51,246 nt of DNA, from sequence record SRR20825006_173; one strand, given 5' to 3'. The translations under genes were made by a program, and so were the position numbers. Position 1 is the first letter of the stretch, and the number at the start of each line of letters is the position of its first letter. Below are positions 1 to 9,896 of the stretch, one piece after another. The notes under the pieces are model-generated. The model searched no databases, was not told the DNA's origin, and was given only the letters and a program-made list of their open reading frames with translations.

Positions 1-1
1 G

Positions 2-325
2 CAGGCTGGTCCGACCATCATCGAAGACAACTGCTTCATCGGCGCCCGATCGGAGGTCGTCGAAGGATGCATCGTACGCGAGGGTTCCGTCCTTGGTATG
101 GGAGTCTTCATCGGTAAATCCACCAAGATCGTCGACCGTGCTACCGGGGAAATCACCTTCGGTGAAGTGCCGCCCTACTCTGTCGTCGTTGCCGGTTCGC
201 TGCCGGCGGCCAAGCCGATGGGCAACGGCCAGCCCGGCCCCGGTCTCTATTGCGCTGTCATCGTCAAGCGCGTCGATGAAAAGACCCGCTCGAAAACCGG
301 CATCAATGAATTGCTGCGCGACTGA
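2..325 (+). CDS. dapD: 2,3,4,5-tetrahydropyridine-2,6-dicarboxylate N-succinyltransferase, 5'-truncated by window edge
   Basis: Frame open from base 2: [22 protein letters not shown]...[26 protein letters not shown], the typical DapD C-terminus; lies upstream of dapE. Confidence 0.95.
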   Translation, partial: QAGPTIIEDNCFIGARSEVVEGCIVREGSVLGMGVFIGKSTKIVDRATGEITFGEVPPYSVVVAGSLPAAKPMGNGQPGPGLYCAVIVKRVDEKTRSKTGINELLRD

Positions 326-405
326 ATGTCGGGCAATATCTCAAGGCGGATGACATCAGTCGTCCGCCTTTTCTTATAGTCCGAAACATATTCAAGACTG
401 GCACC

Positions 406-1602
406 ATGACCGTCCGTGACCCCGTTTCCAACCTTCAAACACTGATCCGCTGCCCTTCGGTAACGCCACAGGAGGGCGGCGCGCTTGACGCGCTTGAAGC
501 CATGCTTTCACCGCTGGGTTTTCACGTTGAGCGGATGACAGCCACGGACAAAGAAACCCCGGACGTCGAAAATCTCTATGCCCGTCTGGGCGATGACGGC
601 CCGCATCTGATGTTTGCCGGACACACCGATGTCGTGCCTCCGGGCGATACTGCACAATGGTCTCATCCGCCCTTTTCCGGTGCGTTGGATGATAGCCGGA
701 TCTTCGGACGCGGAGCGGTCGATATGAAAGGGGGCATTGCCTGCTTCATCGCGGCGCTTGCCCGCCATATCGAAGAAAAAGGAGCTCTTCCCGGCTCGGT
801 CTCATTGCTGATTACCGGCGATGAGGAAGGTCCGAGTATCAACGGCACTGACAAGCTCTTGCAGTGGGCCAGTGCGCGTGGGGAGCGCTGGGATGCGGCA
901 CTCGTGGGAGAACCCACCAATCCCGACGCACTCGGAGAAATGATCAAGATTGGCCGCCGGGGCTCACTGTCCGGTCGGATCACCATTCGCGGCACCCAGG
1001 GACATGTTGCCTATCCCGACCGCGCAGACAACCCGCTTCGTGCGCTGCCTGCCATGCTGGAAGCGCTGATGGGCAAACCCTATGACAGCGGTAATGATCG
1101 CTTCCCCCCGTCCAATCTGGAAGTCACCTCGGTCGATACTGGCAACAGCGCCACCAATGTCATTCCTGATCAGGTTTCCGCCGTTTTCAACATCCGCTTC
1201 AATGACAGCTGGAGCACAGAAACGCTTCAAAAAGAGATCATTCAAAGGCTCAACCGGGCGGCAGATGGCCACAACCTGCGCCCCGGCAAGCCGACCGCCA
1301 GGTATGAAATCGAGTGGCTCGGGCGCCCCAGCCCGGTGTTTCTGACGCGCAATGATGCACTCGCAGGATCTCTTTGCGACGCTATTGAGGCCGTGACCGG
1401 CAATACGCCCTCACTTTCGACCACCGGCGGCACTTCCGATGCCCGCTTCATCAAGGATTACTGCCCGGTTGTTGAATTTGGTCTTGTCGGTCAGACGATG
1501 CACAAGATTGATGAGCATGTGGCTGTCACTGACCTCGAAACGCTGACATGCATCTATCAGGACTTTATCGAAAGGTGGTTTGCCCGTGCCATCGGTCACT
1601 GA
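406..1602 (+). CDS. dapE: Succinyl-diaminopimelate desuccinylase
   Basis: M20 motifs GHTDVVP, GRGAVDMKG, GDEEG, GGTSDARF, HKIDEH; follows dapD. Confidence 0.96.
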   Translation: MTVRDPVSNLQTLIRCPSVTPQEGGALDALEAMLSPLGFHVERMTATDKETPDVENLYARLGDDGPHLMFAGHTDVVPPGDTAQWSHPPFSGALDDSRIFGRGAVDMKGGIACFIAALARHIEEKGALPGSVSLLITGDEEGPSINGTDKLLQWASARGERWDAALVGEPTNPDALGEMIKIGRRGSLSGRITIRGTQGHVAYPDRADNPLRALPAMLEALMGKPYDSGNDRFPPSNLEVTSVDTGNSATNVIPDQVSAVFNIRFNDSWSTETLQKEIIQRLNRAADGHNLRPGKPTARYEIEWLGRPSPVFLTRNDALAGSLCDAIEAVTGNTPSLSTTGGTSDARFIKDYCPVVEFGLVGQTMHKIDEHVAVTDLETLTCIYQDFIERWFARAIGH

Positions 1603-2170
1603 AATCCTGTTTTACATGCACGGTCTCTGGCGCCTTTTCAAAGGCGATCCGTCAGCTGGGCATTATCTCGATTTCACGGAACGCGGACTATGGCGGTCCT
1701 TCTGGTCTCTGGCCCTCAGTCTGCCGTTTATGACGATGACGACAATGTTCACGCTTGCGGAGCGTCAACACAGTGCTTTCGTTGCCGATTTTCGTACCGT
1801 AATCAGAACAGGCATCGTTGAAGGCTTGAGCTGGATGGTGCCGCTGGTGGTTTTCGGCATAGTCTGCATGATTGCAGCTTTACCGAAATCCTTCCCCAAA
1901 ATCGTGATCGCCAGCAACTGGATGAGTCTTCCGGTCAATATCATCGCTGCTGTGGCCATCGGGCTGATTGCCGGCGATCTTGGCTTTCTGTCGGACATTG
2001 TTCTGATTGTGCTCCAGATTGTCGTACTTGGGGCATTTATCTTTGAAATCCGAATTATGTACATACTGATGGAAAGCCGCGCGCTGCCGACAGCAACGGC
2101 CATCATTTCAGCCTCAATTGTCGCTCTGCTGATCTCCGATGCCGGGATGCGCTATATCGGTGGGCTTTGA
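1586..2170 (+). CDS. Conserved hypothetical multi-pass membrane protein
   Basis: GTG at 1586 after AAAGGTGG, overlapping the dapE 3' end (ORF track starts at TTG 1580); about 5 hydrophobic segments. Confidence 0.75.
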   Translation: MPSVTEILFYMHGLWRLFKGDPSAGHYLDFTERGLWRSFWSLALSLPFMTMTTMFTLAERQHSAFVADFRTVIRTGIVEGLSWMVPLVVFGIVCMIAALPKSFPKIVIASNWMSLPVNIIAAVAIGLIAGDLGFLSDIVLIVLQIVVLGAFIFEIRIMYILMESRALPTATAIISASIVALLISDAGMRYIGGL

Positions 2171-2185
2171 TATGGCAAGCTGCTG

Positions 2186-2213
2186 TTGACATTGGCCGAT
2201 GGCGGCTTAATCG
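2186..2213 (+). promoter_or_regulatory. Possible sigma70 promoter for the lipoprotein gene
   Basis: TTGACA at 2186-2191 with a weak -10 (TTAATC/TAATCG) 15-16 nt downstream. Confidence 0.3.
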
Positions 2214-2250
2214 TTTACCGGCACCTTATGCAGAAGGGAGAAGCCGCGCC

Positions 2251-2715
2251 GTGATCAGATATGTTTTACCGTTTTTCATGGGCGTTGTCCTTGTTGCCTG
2301 CCAGACAGGACCGGTCAATCTTCTGTATAAGGAAGGCAGCACCCGTTCTCAGCGACAGGAAGCCTATGACCAATGCGTAATCAAGGCGCTGAAAGAGGTG
2401 CCGCAGAACATGGTAACCGAGATCTCCGGCGGCTACAGTATGCCCGGTTACATGGATTGCGACACGGATGGCAATCAAACCTACTGCACCGAAGTGGGGG
2501 GCTATACCACGCCGGTGACCAGCCAAAGCTATGACACGAACCGGAACCTGCGCAGCCGCGTCATCAATCGCTGCCTCGAATCCAGGGGTTACGACGCCAT
2601 CCAGCGCCCGATATGCGAGACCAAAACCGAGCGCGCCAATTACGCCATGCTGACACGGCAGCCGAACGCTGCCGAGATCATGTGTGTCGACGGACAATCT
2701 TTCGATCCCAGTTGA
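2251..2715 (+). CDS. Hypothetical cysteine-rich lipoprotein
   Basis: GTG 2251 after SD GAAGGGAG; MIRYVLPFFMGVVLVAC signal peptide II with lipobox LVAC; six further Cys. Confidence 0.75.
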   Translation: MIRYVLPFFMGVVLVACQTGPVNLLYKEGSTRSQRQEAYDQCVIKALKEVPQNMVTEISGGYSMPGYMDCDTDGNQTYCTEVGGYTTPVTSQSYDTNRNLRSRVINRCLESRGYDAIQRPICETKTERANYAMLTRQPNAAEIMCVDGQSFDPS

Positions 2716-2722
2716 GGGGGCG

Positions 2723-3451
2723 TCAAATCGCTTTCTGATTGACCCGCTTTGAGAGGGCTTCGGCGCTTTCCACCCTCTCAGAGTAACGATCCGTCAGATA
2801 CGCGCTGCGACCGCGCAGAAGCAGTGTGAACTTCATCAGTTCTTCCATCACATCGACCACGCGATTGTAAAACGGCGACGGCTTCATCCGGCCGTTTTCC
2901 TCAAACTCCGTAAATGCCTTCGGCACGGATGACTGGTTCGGGATTGTGACCATACGCATCCAGCGCCCCAGTATCCGCAGCTGATTAACGGTATTGAAGC
3001 TTTGCGAGCCGCCGCAGACCTGCATCAATGCCAGCACCCGCCCCTGCGTGGGGCGCATACCGCCAAGAGACAACGGCAGCCAGTCGATCTGCATTTTCAT
3101 GACCGAACTCATCGCCCCGTGTCGCTCAGGCGAGCACCAGACCTGCGCTTCCGACCAGAAGGAAAGATCGCGCAACTCCCTTACCTTCGGGTGATTTTCA
3201 TCAACGCTGCCGACAACGGGCAGACCTTCGGGATTGAAAATCCGTACATCGGCGCCATAGGCCTGCAACAACCGGGCGGCCTCTTCGGTCAGAAGACGCG
3301 AATACGAACGCTCCCGAAGCGAGCCGTAGAGCATCAAAATGCGCGGTGCATGTTCCATTTCATCGTCAGCAAACAGCTTCGTTCGATCCACCGCCTGAAA
3401 AGCATCCGTGTCGAGCGCGGGCATTTCGTCATCGGTCTTGCCGTGTTGCAT
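2723..3451 (-). CDS. arsH: Arsenical resistance flavoprotein ArsH (NADPH-dependent FMN reductase family)
   Basis: Motifs [39 protein letters not shown] overlaps the arsC stop (TGATG). Confidence 0.95.
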   Translation of the reverse strand: MQHGKTDDEMPALDTDAFQAVDRTKLFADDEMEHAPRILMLYGSLRERSYSRLLTEEAARLLQAYGADVRIFNPEGLPVVGSVDENHPKVRELRDLSFWSEAQVWCSPERHGAMSSVMKMQIDWLPLSLGGMRPTQGRVLALMQVCGGSQSFNTVNQLRILGRWMRMVTIPNQSSVPKAFTEFEENGRMKPSPFYNRVVDVMEELMKFTLLLRGRSAYLTDRYSERVESAEALSKRVNQKAI

Positions 3452-3870
3452 CAATCTCCACCTCCATTGCTCGCAATCACGACCTCGCCGTCTTCCTTGG
3501 AAAAGGTCCCGATCTCGGCATTCGGCAGGATCTCCAGTACGGTTTCAGACGGGCGGCAAAGCTTAACCCCTTTTTCCGATACCACAATCGGACGGTTGAT
3601 CAGGATCGGATGCGCCATCATCGCATCAATCAACTGATCGTCGGAAAGTGAGGGGTCATCAAGGCCGATATCGTCATAAGGCGTGCCTTTCCGGCGCAGC
3701 AGATCACGCGTCGCGATACCCATCCGGTCAATCAGCTCGACCAGTTTTTTCCGGGTCGGCGGTGTCTTCAGGTATTCAATCACTTCCGGCTCTTCACCGG
3801 ACTGGCGGATCATCGCCAGAACATTGCGCGATGTCCCGCAATTCGGGTTGTGGTAGATCGTCACCGGCAT
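3451..3870 (-). CDS. arsC: Arsenate reductase, glutaredoxin-dependent ArsC family
   Basis: [13 protein letters not shown] active site, [19 protein letters not shown] 3870 with SD GGAGA (alternative in-frame ATG at 3882). Confidence 0.95.
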   Translation of the reverse strand: MPVTIYHNPNCGTSRNVLAMIRQSGEEPEVIEYLKTPPTRKKLVELIDRMGIATRDLLRRKGTPYDDIGLDDPSLSDDQLIDAMMAHPILINRPIVVSEKGVKLCRPSETVLEILPNAEIGTFSKEDGEVVIASNGGGD

Positions 3871-3880
3871 TTCAGTCTCC

Positions 3881-3912
3881 ATAATTCTATATATCCAGAA
3901 ATATAGAATTAT
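3881..3912. promoter_or_regulatory. Perfect 12-bp inverted repeat, likely ArsR/SmtB-type operator
   Basis: ATAATTCTATAT-N8-ATATAGAATTAT, AT-rich, immediately upstream of arsC. Confidence 0.65.
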
Positions 3913-3980
3913 CAGAAACCAACCGGCCTCGCAACCACATCGCCGCTGCACGCCGTTTCCAAAGGGCGCACGAGACGTTT

Positions 3981-4733
3981 TTAATTTTCCGGATAGTCAA
4001 CCTGCATAAAGAACAGCCCGTCCGGCGGCGCGACAGGGCCGCAGGCCTGGCGGTCACGCGCTTCCAGCATAGCCGCAACGTCATCGGCGGAAACCTTCCC
4101 CTCCCCGGCAAGCTTGAGTGTGCCGGCAAAAGAACGAATCTGGTTATGGAGAAAACTTTGCGCTGAGGCCCGGATTTCGATGACATCGCCATTGCGGGTT
4201 ACATCCAGACGATCCAGCGTCCGCATCGGCGAGTTGGCCTGGCAATGCACCGAGCGGAAGGTGGTAAAATCATGATGACCGACAAGTCTCTGGGCAGCAG
4301 AATGCATCAAAGTATGGTCCAGCGGCTTCGGCACCCACCATGCGCGTTTGAATTCAAGAGCCAGATGCCCGCGTCGATTGATAATACGATAGAGATAGTG
4401 GCGTTTAACCGCTGAAAAACGTGCATCAAAACCGTCGCTGACTTGTTGAACATCGACCACGGCAATGCTGTGTCGGGCAATTCTCAGATGCGCATTCACA
4501 GCATTGAGAAGCTGAAACGCACTCCAGTCGCGCATCAGGTCCAGATGCACGACCTGTCCCAGCGCATGTACGCCGGAATCGGTGCGCCCCGCTCCCCTTA
4601 TGGAAACCGCTTCCTGCGTCAGACTTTTAACCGCAGCTTCCAGACTGCCCTGAATCGAGGCACCATTATCCTGACGCTGCCATCCAACATAATTCGTACC
4701 ATCATATTCGACAGTCATGCGATAGCGCGGCAT
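3981..4733 (-). CDS. truA: tRNA pseudouridine(38-40) synthase
   Basis: [30 protein letters not shown] overlap with fmt. Confidence 0.97.
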   Translation of the reverse strand: MPRYRMTVEYDGTNYVGWQRQDNGASIQGSLEAAVKSLTQEAVSIRGAGRTDSGVHALGQVVHLDLMRDWSAFQLLNAVNAHLRIARHSIAVVDVQQVSDGFDARFSAVKRHYLYRIINRRGHLALEFKRAWWVPKPLDHTLMHSAAQRLVGHHDFTTFRSVHCQANSPMRTLDRLDVTRNGDVIEIRASAQSFLHNQIRSFAGTLKLAGEGKVSADDVAAMLEARDRQACGPVAPPDGLFFMQVDYPEN

Positions 4734-5671
4734 CAGGCGATTACCGTTCCCGGCACCATAGGGTTGCCACGCAGAAAATCCTCAGCATTCAGCACCTTGC
4801 CACCGGCCTTTTGCAACCTGGTCAGGCAGACAGCGCCAGTTCCGCAGGCAATCACCAGCCCCTCACCATCCAGCACTGTACCGGCAAAACCATCGCCATC
4901 GGCAATGACGCTGGAAAGCACTTTCACACGGTCCAACCGCTTGCCATGCGACACTTCCAGCCATGCACCGGGAAATGGTGCCAGCGCGCGAATGTGATCG
5001 TGAACCGCTTTTGCATCTTTTGAGAAATCGATCCGCGTCTCGGCCTTGTCAAGTTTACGGGCATAGGTTGCGCCCTCCTGCCCCTGCGGTTCGAGCGGCA
5101 AATTACCACCTTCCAGCCGGTGCATCGCCTTGACCATAAGCCTCGCTCCGATCTGCATCAGCCGGTCATGCAGTTCGCCAGCTGTCATATTTTCACCGAT
5201 AGCGACTTTCTCTGTCAAAGCGACCGGTCCGGTATCAAGTCCCTTTTCCATACGCATGATCATCATGCCGGTTTCGGTGTCACCCGCCATAATCGCTCGC
5301 TGGATAGGCGCTGCACCGCGCCAACGCGGCAGAAGCGAGGCATGGCCGTTGTAAGCCCCCAGCCGCGTGCCATCCAGAATCGCTTCCGGCAACAAAAGAC
5401 CATAGGCAACAACAACTGCAACGTCTGCATTGAGAGCTTTAAATTCCGCGCGCGCGGTCTCATCTTTGAAATTAGGCGGCGTATGCACCTCAAGCCCGAG
5501 CAACTCGGCGGCCTGATGCACCGGCGTTTTCACCGCGCTCAACCCACGTCGGCCAGCCGCCCGCGGCGGCTGCGTGTAAACCCGCACGACCTCGTGACCG
5601 GCATCACCCAGCGCCCTGAGCGTCGGCACAGAGAAGTCCGGGGTTCCCATAAAGATGATTTTCATTGCCAC
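4733..5671 (-). CDS. fmt: Methionyl-tRNA formyltransferase
   Basis: [27 protein letters not shown]; start GTG 5671 or ATG 5665. Confidence 0.97.
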   Translation of the reverse strand: MAMKIIFMGTPDFSVPTLRALGDAGHEVVRVYTQPPRAAGRRGLSAVKTPVHQAAELLGLEVHTPPNFKDETARAEFKALNADVAVVVAYGLLLPEAILDGTRLGAYNGHASLLPRWRGAAPIQRAIMAGDTETGMMIMRMEKGLDTGPVALTEKVAIGENMTAGELHDRLMQIGARLMVKAMHRLEGGNLPLEPQGQEGATYARKLDKAETRIDFSKDAKAVHDHIRALAPFPGAWLEVSHGKRLDRVKVLSSVIADGDGFAGTVLDGEGLVIACGTGAVCLTRLQKAGGKVLNAEDFLRGNPMVPGTVIA

Positions 5672-5756
5672 GCTACGCCCCTTTTTCAGTTCAAAACAGG
5701 CCTTTGCCCAATCCGATGGTCATGGTCTTGGACCATCTTAGCAAAGGACGCAGCGC

Positions 5757-6269
5757 TCATAGCTTCTGCCGGGCAGCCTTGACGAACTTTTTGATCACGC
5801 GATCACGCTTCAGGCGCGAAAGATAGTCAATAAACAGGACACCGTCGAGGTGATCGATCTCATGTTGAAGACAGGTGGCCAGCAGACCATCAGCGGTTAC
5901 GTCCTGCTCTTTTCCGTCAAGATCAGTATAGCGCACCGTCACCTCTGCCGGACGCTCGACCTCGGCATAATAATCCGGAATCGAGAGGCAACCCTCTTCA
6001 TAAACAGAACGTTCATCCGAAGATGACAAAATCGTAGGATTGATAACAACCTTAGGGTCTTTCGCATCTTCGTCCTTGCTTACGTCAAGGACCAGCATGC
6101 GGCGCGGCACCCCCACCTGAATGGCGGCAAGACCGATACCGGGCGCTTCATACATGGTTTCCAACATATCTCCGGCAAGCTTTTTCAAATCCTCGTCGAT
6201 ACGCTCGACGGGCTTGGATACGTTGCGCAAAACCGGGTCTGGCAGAATAATCATAGGCTTTATTGTCAT
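5757..6269 (-). CDS. def: Peptide deformylase
   Basis: [22 protein letters not shown] motifs; next to fmt. Confidence 0.97.
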   Translation of the reverse strand: MTIKPMIILPDPVLRNVSKPVERIDEDLKKLAGDMLETMYEAPGIGLAAIQVGVPRRMLVLDVSKDEDAKDPKVVINPTILSSSDERSVYEEGCLSIPDYYAEVERPAEVTVRYTDLDGKEQDVTADGLLATCLQHEIDHLDGVLFIDYLSRLKRDRVIKKFVKAARQKL

Positions 6270-6301
6270 GGGTTTCCCTTAGCGCAAGTTATCAAAAGAG
6301 G

Positions 6302-6330
6302 AAATGGTTTCGTCGGCGGCCCACTGCAAG
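6302..6330 (-). promoter_or_regulatory. Putative sigma70/sigma32-type promoter for def-fmt-truA
   Basis: CTTGCA-N17-CCATTT on the minus strand. Confidence 0.4.
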
Positions 6331-6363
6331 AAGCCACAAAGTATTCTATTTATCTGCGCCTTT

Positions 6364-6378
6364 GTTCACGTTTTGATC
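6364..6378 (+). promoter_or_regulatory. Putative alphaproteobacterial LexA box upstream of rmuC
   Basis: GTTC-ACGTTTT-GATC, one mismatch to GTTC-N7-GTTC. Confidence 0.5.
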
Positions 6379-6415
6379 TGTATTTTGGTCACAAATCTGC
6401 TAGGCTTCCCGAAAC

Positions 6416-7645
6416 TTGAACAAGGATAGCTGCAACGTGGAACGTATAAATGCCATTCTCAGAACGGCCGATCCACTGGTCGTCGGCCTGTTTGCCTCTT
6501 TGATCTGCGTGTTTCTGCTGTGTGCCGTGGTTATGATTCGCCGCCGGCCTGACGGGCAGCGAGAACGGGCTTTGCAGCACCAACTCGAAATTCTGGTGAA
6601 GACACAAAACGAAATGCAGGGACGCATGGCGACCATGTCTGAGTTATTCGGCAGCCGTCAGGCAGAGCTTAACGCCGCGCTTGGATCACGACTGGACGGC
6701 ATGTCCCAACGTCTCGGCACAACACTTCACCAGCAAAACCGTACGACCCACGAAAACCTCCGACAGCTTCAGGAACGGCTGGCGGTTATCGATGCGGCCC
6801 AAAACAACATCCAGTCTCTGGCGAAGGATGTCGTCGGTCTGCAGGCCATCCTCTCCAACAAACAGACCCGCGGCGCCTTTGGCCAGGGCCGGATGGAAAC
6901 CATCATCGCCGATGCTCTGCCCTCGGGAACTTTCCGGTTTCAGGGTACGCTTTCCAACAACACACGGCCGGACTGCCTCATTGATATGCCCAACGGCGCG
7001 CCGCCGCTGGTGATTGATGCGAAATTTCCGCTCGAAGCCTGGAACACCATGCGTGATGCAAAGACAGAAGAGCACCAGCGCGCCGCGGCGCAACGCTTCC
7101 GCCGTGATCTGGAGACCCATGTTCGAGACATATCAAAAAAGTACCTGATCCCCGGAGAAACACAGGACACCGCCTTTTTGTTCGTGCCATCGGAATCGAT
7201 CTTTGCCGATATCCATGAACATTACGAAGCAACGGTTCAAAAGGCACATTCTGCACGGGTGGTGATTGTTTCCCCAACGCTGCTTCTGTTGTCGATACAG
7301 GTGGTTCAGGCCGTCATGAAGGATCAGCGCATGCGCGAGCAGGCCCATCTCATTCAGGGTGAAGTCTCCCACCTGATGGGAGATCTGACACGCCTTAATG
7401 AACGCGTTGAAAAGCTGCAGAGCCATTTTTCTCAGGCCAGGCAGGATGTTGAACAAATACGCGTCTCCACAGGCAAGATCGCAAGACGTGGCGAACGCAT
7501 CTCCGCTCTCGAATTTGAAAACAAGGAGCCAAAAACATCATCGTCAGGCGGTGATCCCCATTCCTCGGAAGACAAACTGAAGCCTTCGGATAAATCCGCC
7601 GATGGTATTGGCCGAATGAAACTGCGGATCGTGGATGAGGATTGA
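6416..7645 (+). CDS. rmuC: DNA recombination protein RmuC
   Basis: N-terminal TM helix, coiled coil, KQTRGAFG, RPD, IDAKFP, FLFVPSE, VSPT; start TTG 6416 or GTG 6437. Confidence 0.92.
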   Translation: MNKDSCNVERINAILRTADPLVVGLFASLICVFLLCAVVMIRRRPDGQRERALQHQLEILVKTQNEMQGRMATMSELFGSRQAELNAALGSRLDGMSQRLGTTLHQQNRTTHENLRQLQERLAVIDAAQNNIQSLAKDVVGLQAILSNKQTRGAFGQGRMETIIADALPSGTFRFQGTLSNNTRPDCLIDMPNGAPPLVIDAKFPLEAWNTMRDAKTEEHQRAAAQRFRRDLETHVRDISKKYLIPGETQDTAFLFVPSESIFADIHEHYEATVQKAHSARVVIVSPTLLLLSIQVVQAVMKDQRMREQAHLIQGEVSHLMGDLTRLNERVEKLQSHFSQARQDVEQIRVSTGKIARRGERISALEFENKEPKTSSSGGDPHSSEDKLKPSDKSADGIGRMKLRIVDED

Positions 7646-7736
7646 TTGTGTTTGGAGTGAAGCCCTCATAAAACAATATTAAAACAGCTTTTGAAGAAAG
7701 CTGGCTGCTATAACTTCAGACGTGGGAGAAAGTGCC

Positions 7737-8636
7737 ATGATCACGGTTTTTGGTTCCATCAATATGGACCTCATCGCCACAACCGAAAGACTGCCGAAAC
7801 CCGGCGAAACTGTTGCAGGGCATTCCTTTTCCACAGCACCTGGCGGAAAGGGCGCCAATCAGGCGCTGGCTGCACGCAGAGCTGGCGCAGAAGTCTGCAT
7901 GGCAGGCGCGATTGGAAGCGATGAGTTTGCCGTGCCTGCAACCGCATTGCTGGCCGACTCCGGCATAGACCTTTCCACGCTCAAAAAGACTGACGGACCA
8001 ACGGGAACCGCGATGATCCTTGTTGATCGTCACGGCGAGAATGTTATCGTGATCAATGCTGCGGCCAATGGCGAAGTTTCGAAAGACGATGCGAGAGCCA
8101 CCGTCGCAAACATGGCAAAAGGTGATATCCTGATGCTGCAACTTGAAATTCCTGCACCGGCCATCAGGGCCGCACTTGAAGCAGCGCGTGAACGGGATGT
8201 TATTTCGGTTTTAAACACCGCACCACTCACGGCCGAAGCCGCTGAACTTGGCCGGATGGCTGACATCGTAATTGCAAACGAGACCGAGTTTGAACGCCTG
8301 GTCGGTGCGGACGAGCTTGGCAGCGAGGGCCGGATCGCGATGCTGAAGACCTATCATGACGAAACCGGCCAGACGGTTGTGATCACGCTCGGTGGTGAAG
8401 GTGCCGTGGCCATGCATGAGGGCACGTTTCACCGCATTGAAAGCCTGACAATCGAGCCGTTGGATACGGTTGGCGCAGGCGACACATTCTGCGGTTACCT
8501 TGCCGCCGGTCTTGATCAGGGGCTGGATTTTCAAAAAGCCGCACATCGGGCAGCAGCAGCAGGCGCTCTGGCCTGCCTGAAGCCAGGCGCCCAGCCATCC
8601 ATTCCGTTGTCAGAAGAAGTAGAAGACCGTCTTTGA
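7737..8636 (+). CDS. rbsK: Ribokinase (PfkB family)
   Basis: GSINMDL, PGGKGANQA, NETE, DTVGAGDTF. Confidence 0.9.
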   Translation: MITVFGSINMDLIATTERLPKPGETVAGHSFSTAPGGKGANQALAARRAGAEVCMAGAIGSDEFAVPATALLADSGIDLSTLKKTDGPTGTAMILVDRHGENVIVINAAANGEVSKDDARATVANMAKGDILMLQLEIPAPAIRAALEAARERDVISVLNTAPLTAEAAELGRMADIVIANETEFERLVGADELGSEGRIAMLKTYHDETGQTVVITLGGEGAVAMHEGTFHRIESLTIEPLDTVGAGDTFCGYLAAGLDQGLDFQKAAHRAAAAGALACLKPGAQPSIPLSEEVEDRL

Positions 8637-8672
8637 GATTGCAGTGGTCTTACGACCGTCTTTTCTGATGAT

Positions 8673-8701
8673 AAATGTCCGGATCACATATCCGGACATT
8701 T
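8673..8701. terminator. Bidirectional hairpin between convergent rbsK and nucleoside hydrolase genes
   Basis: AAATGTCCGGAT-CACAT-ATCCGGACATTT, a perfect 12-bp stem. Confidence 0.7.
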
Positions 8702-8779
8702 GTTTAAGCGGCCACCTTCAGAGCATTTCATCAGATTGAAATGCGCGACATTCTGCAGGACTGACGAAGGTCAAGCGCT

Positions 8780-9724
8780 TTAAAGCTGTCCCAGACGCTC
8801 CGTAAGAAGGTCGAAAAAGCCGTCAGCATCTGCCTTTCCAATCACCAGTGCATTGGGTTTCCGGTCAGTCACACCCCACCAGTCGATTACGGTTTCTCCA
8901 AGGGTCAGTTCAGACTGAACCTCAATTTCGACATTGCACTGGCGGCCGGAGAAAAGCTCCGGCTTGAGGAGATAGGCTGTGACAGCCGGGTCGTGAAGCG
9001 GGCCGCCATCCGAGCCATATTTCTCAACATCGAAACGCTCGTAAAACCGAAGCATCTCGGCCATTGCCCTGGAGGCGTTATTACCAACGGCCTCGATACG
9101 GTCCACGCGGCTCTTCAGACACAAGAGCTGATGCGTAACATCAAGCGGCATCATCACGATCGGAACACCGGCCGCAAAAACATCCTTTGCCGCCTCGGGA
9201 TCGACGTAAATATTAAACTCGGCAGACGGGGTGATATTGCCGCCTTCGAAGTAACCGCCGCCCATCAACACGATTTCCTGAACCCGGCCAATAATATCCG
9301 GGGCTTTTTCAAAAGCTGTCGCGATATTCGTGAGCGGACCAAGAGCGCATAACGTAATGGCGTTTTCAGGGTATTCGCGAAAGGTTTCAATGATGAAATC
9401 TACGGCATGTTGTTCCTGCAACTTCATCGTTGGTTCAGGCAGTTCTGGCCCGTCCAGCCCGGTTTTCCCATGAACGTGTTCAGCCGTAACCAGCGGGCGC
9501 TTCATCGGCTGGTCACAGCCGGCAAACACCTTAATGTCCGTGCGCCCAGCAAGCTCACAGACAATTCGCGCATTCCGCGTTGTCATTTCAAGTGGAACAT
9601 TACCGGCGACTGCAGTGATGCCCAAAATCTCAATTTGCTTCGGACTCGCCAGCGCCAGCAAAATTGCGGCGGCGTCGTCCTGTCCGGGATCCGTATCGAT
9701 GATGATTTTTCGTGCAACAGCCAT
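8780..9724 (-). CDS. Inosine/uridine-preferring nucleoside hydrolase
   Basis: IIIDTDPGQDD, HGKTGL, GNITPSAEFN, PLHDP; ATG 9724. Confidence 0.92.
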   Translation of the reverse strand: MAVARKIIIDTDPGQDDAAAILLALASPKQIEILGITAVAGNVPLEMTTRNARIVCELAGRTDIKVFAGCDQPMKRPLVTAEHVHGKTGLDGPELPEPTMKLQEQHAVDFIIETFREYPENAITLCALGPLTNIATAFEKAPDIIGRVQEIVLMGGGYFEGGNITPSAEFNIYVDPEAAKDVFAAGVPIVMMPLDVTHQLLCLKSRVDRIEAVGNNASRAMAEMLRFYERFDVEKYGSDGGPLHDPAVTAYLLKPELFSGRQCNVEIEVQSELTLGETVIDWWGVTDRKPNALVIGKADADGFFDLLTERLGQL

Positions 9725-9840
9725 GGCTTCCCTTTTTTTCCTTAAATGCGCTAAATCGAACTCGGTATTCAAACCCGGCACAACCGAGAGCAGTGCGCAG
9801 TTCGTAGTTGCTTGTCAAGAAGGTAAGTACTTTTCAAACC

Positions 9841-9869
9841 CTTGCCATCAGACGGAAACACTTCCATAT
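9841..9869 (+). promoter_or_regulatory. Putative RpoH (sigma32)-type promoter for hsp20
   Basis: CTTGCC-N16-TCCATAT about 27 nt upstream of the ATG. Confidence 0.55.
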
Positions 9870-9896
9870 CGCACAGAGACGAAAAGGACTGGATAC

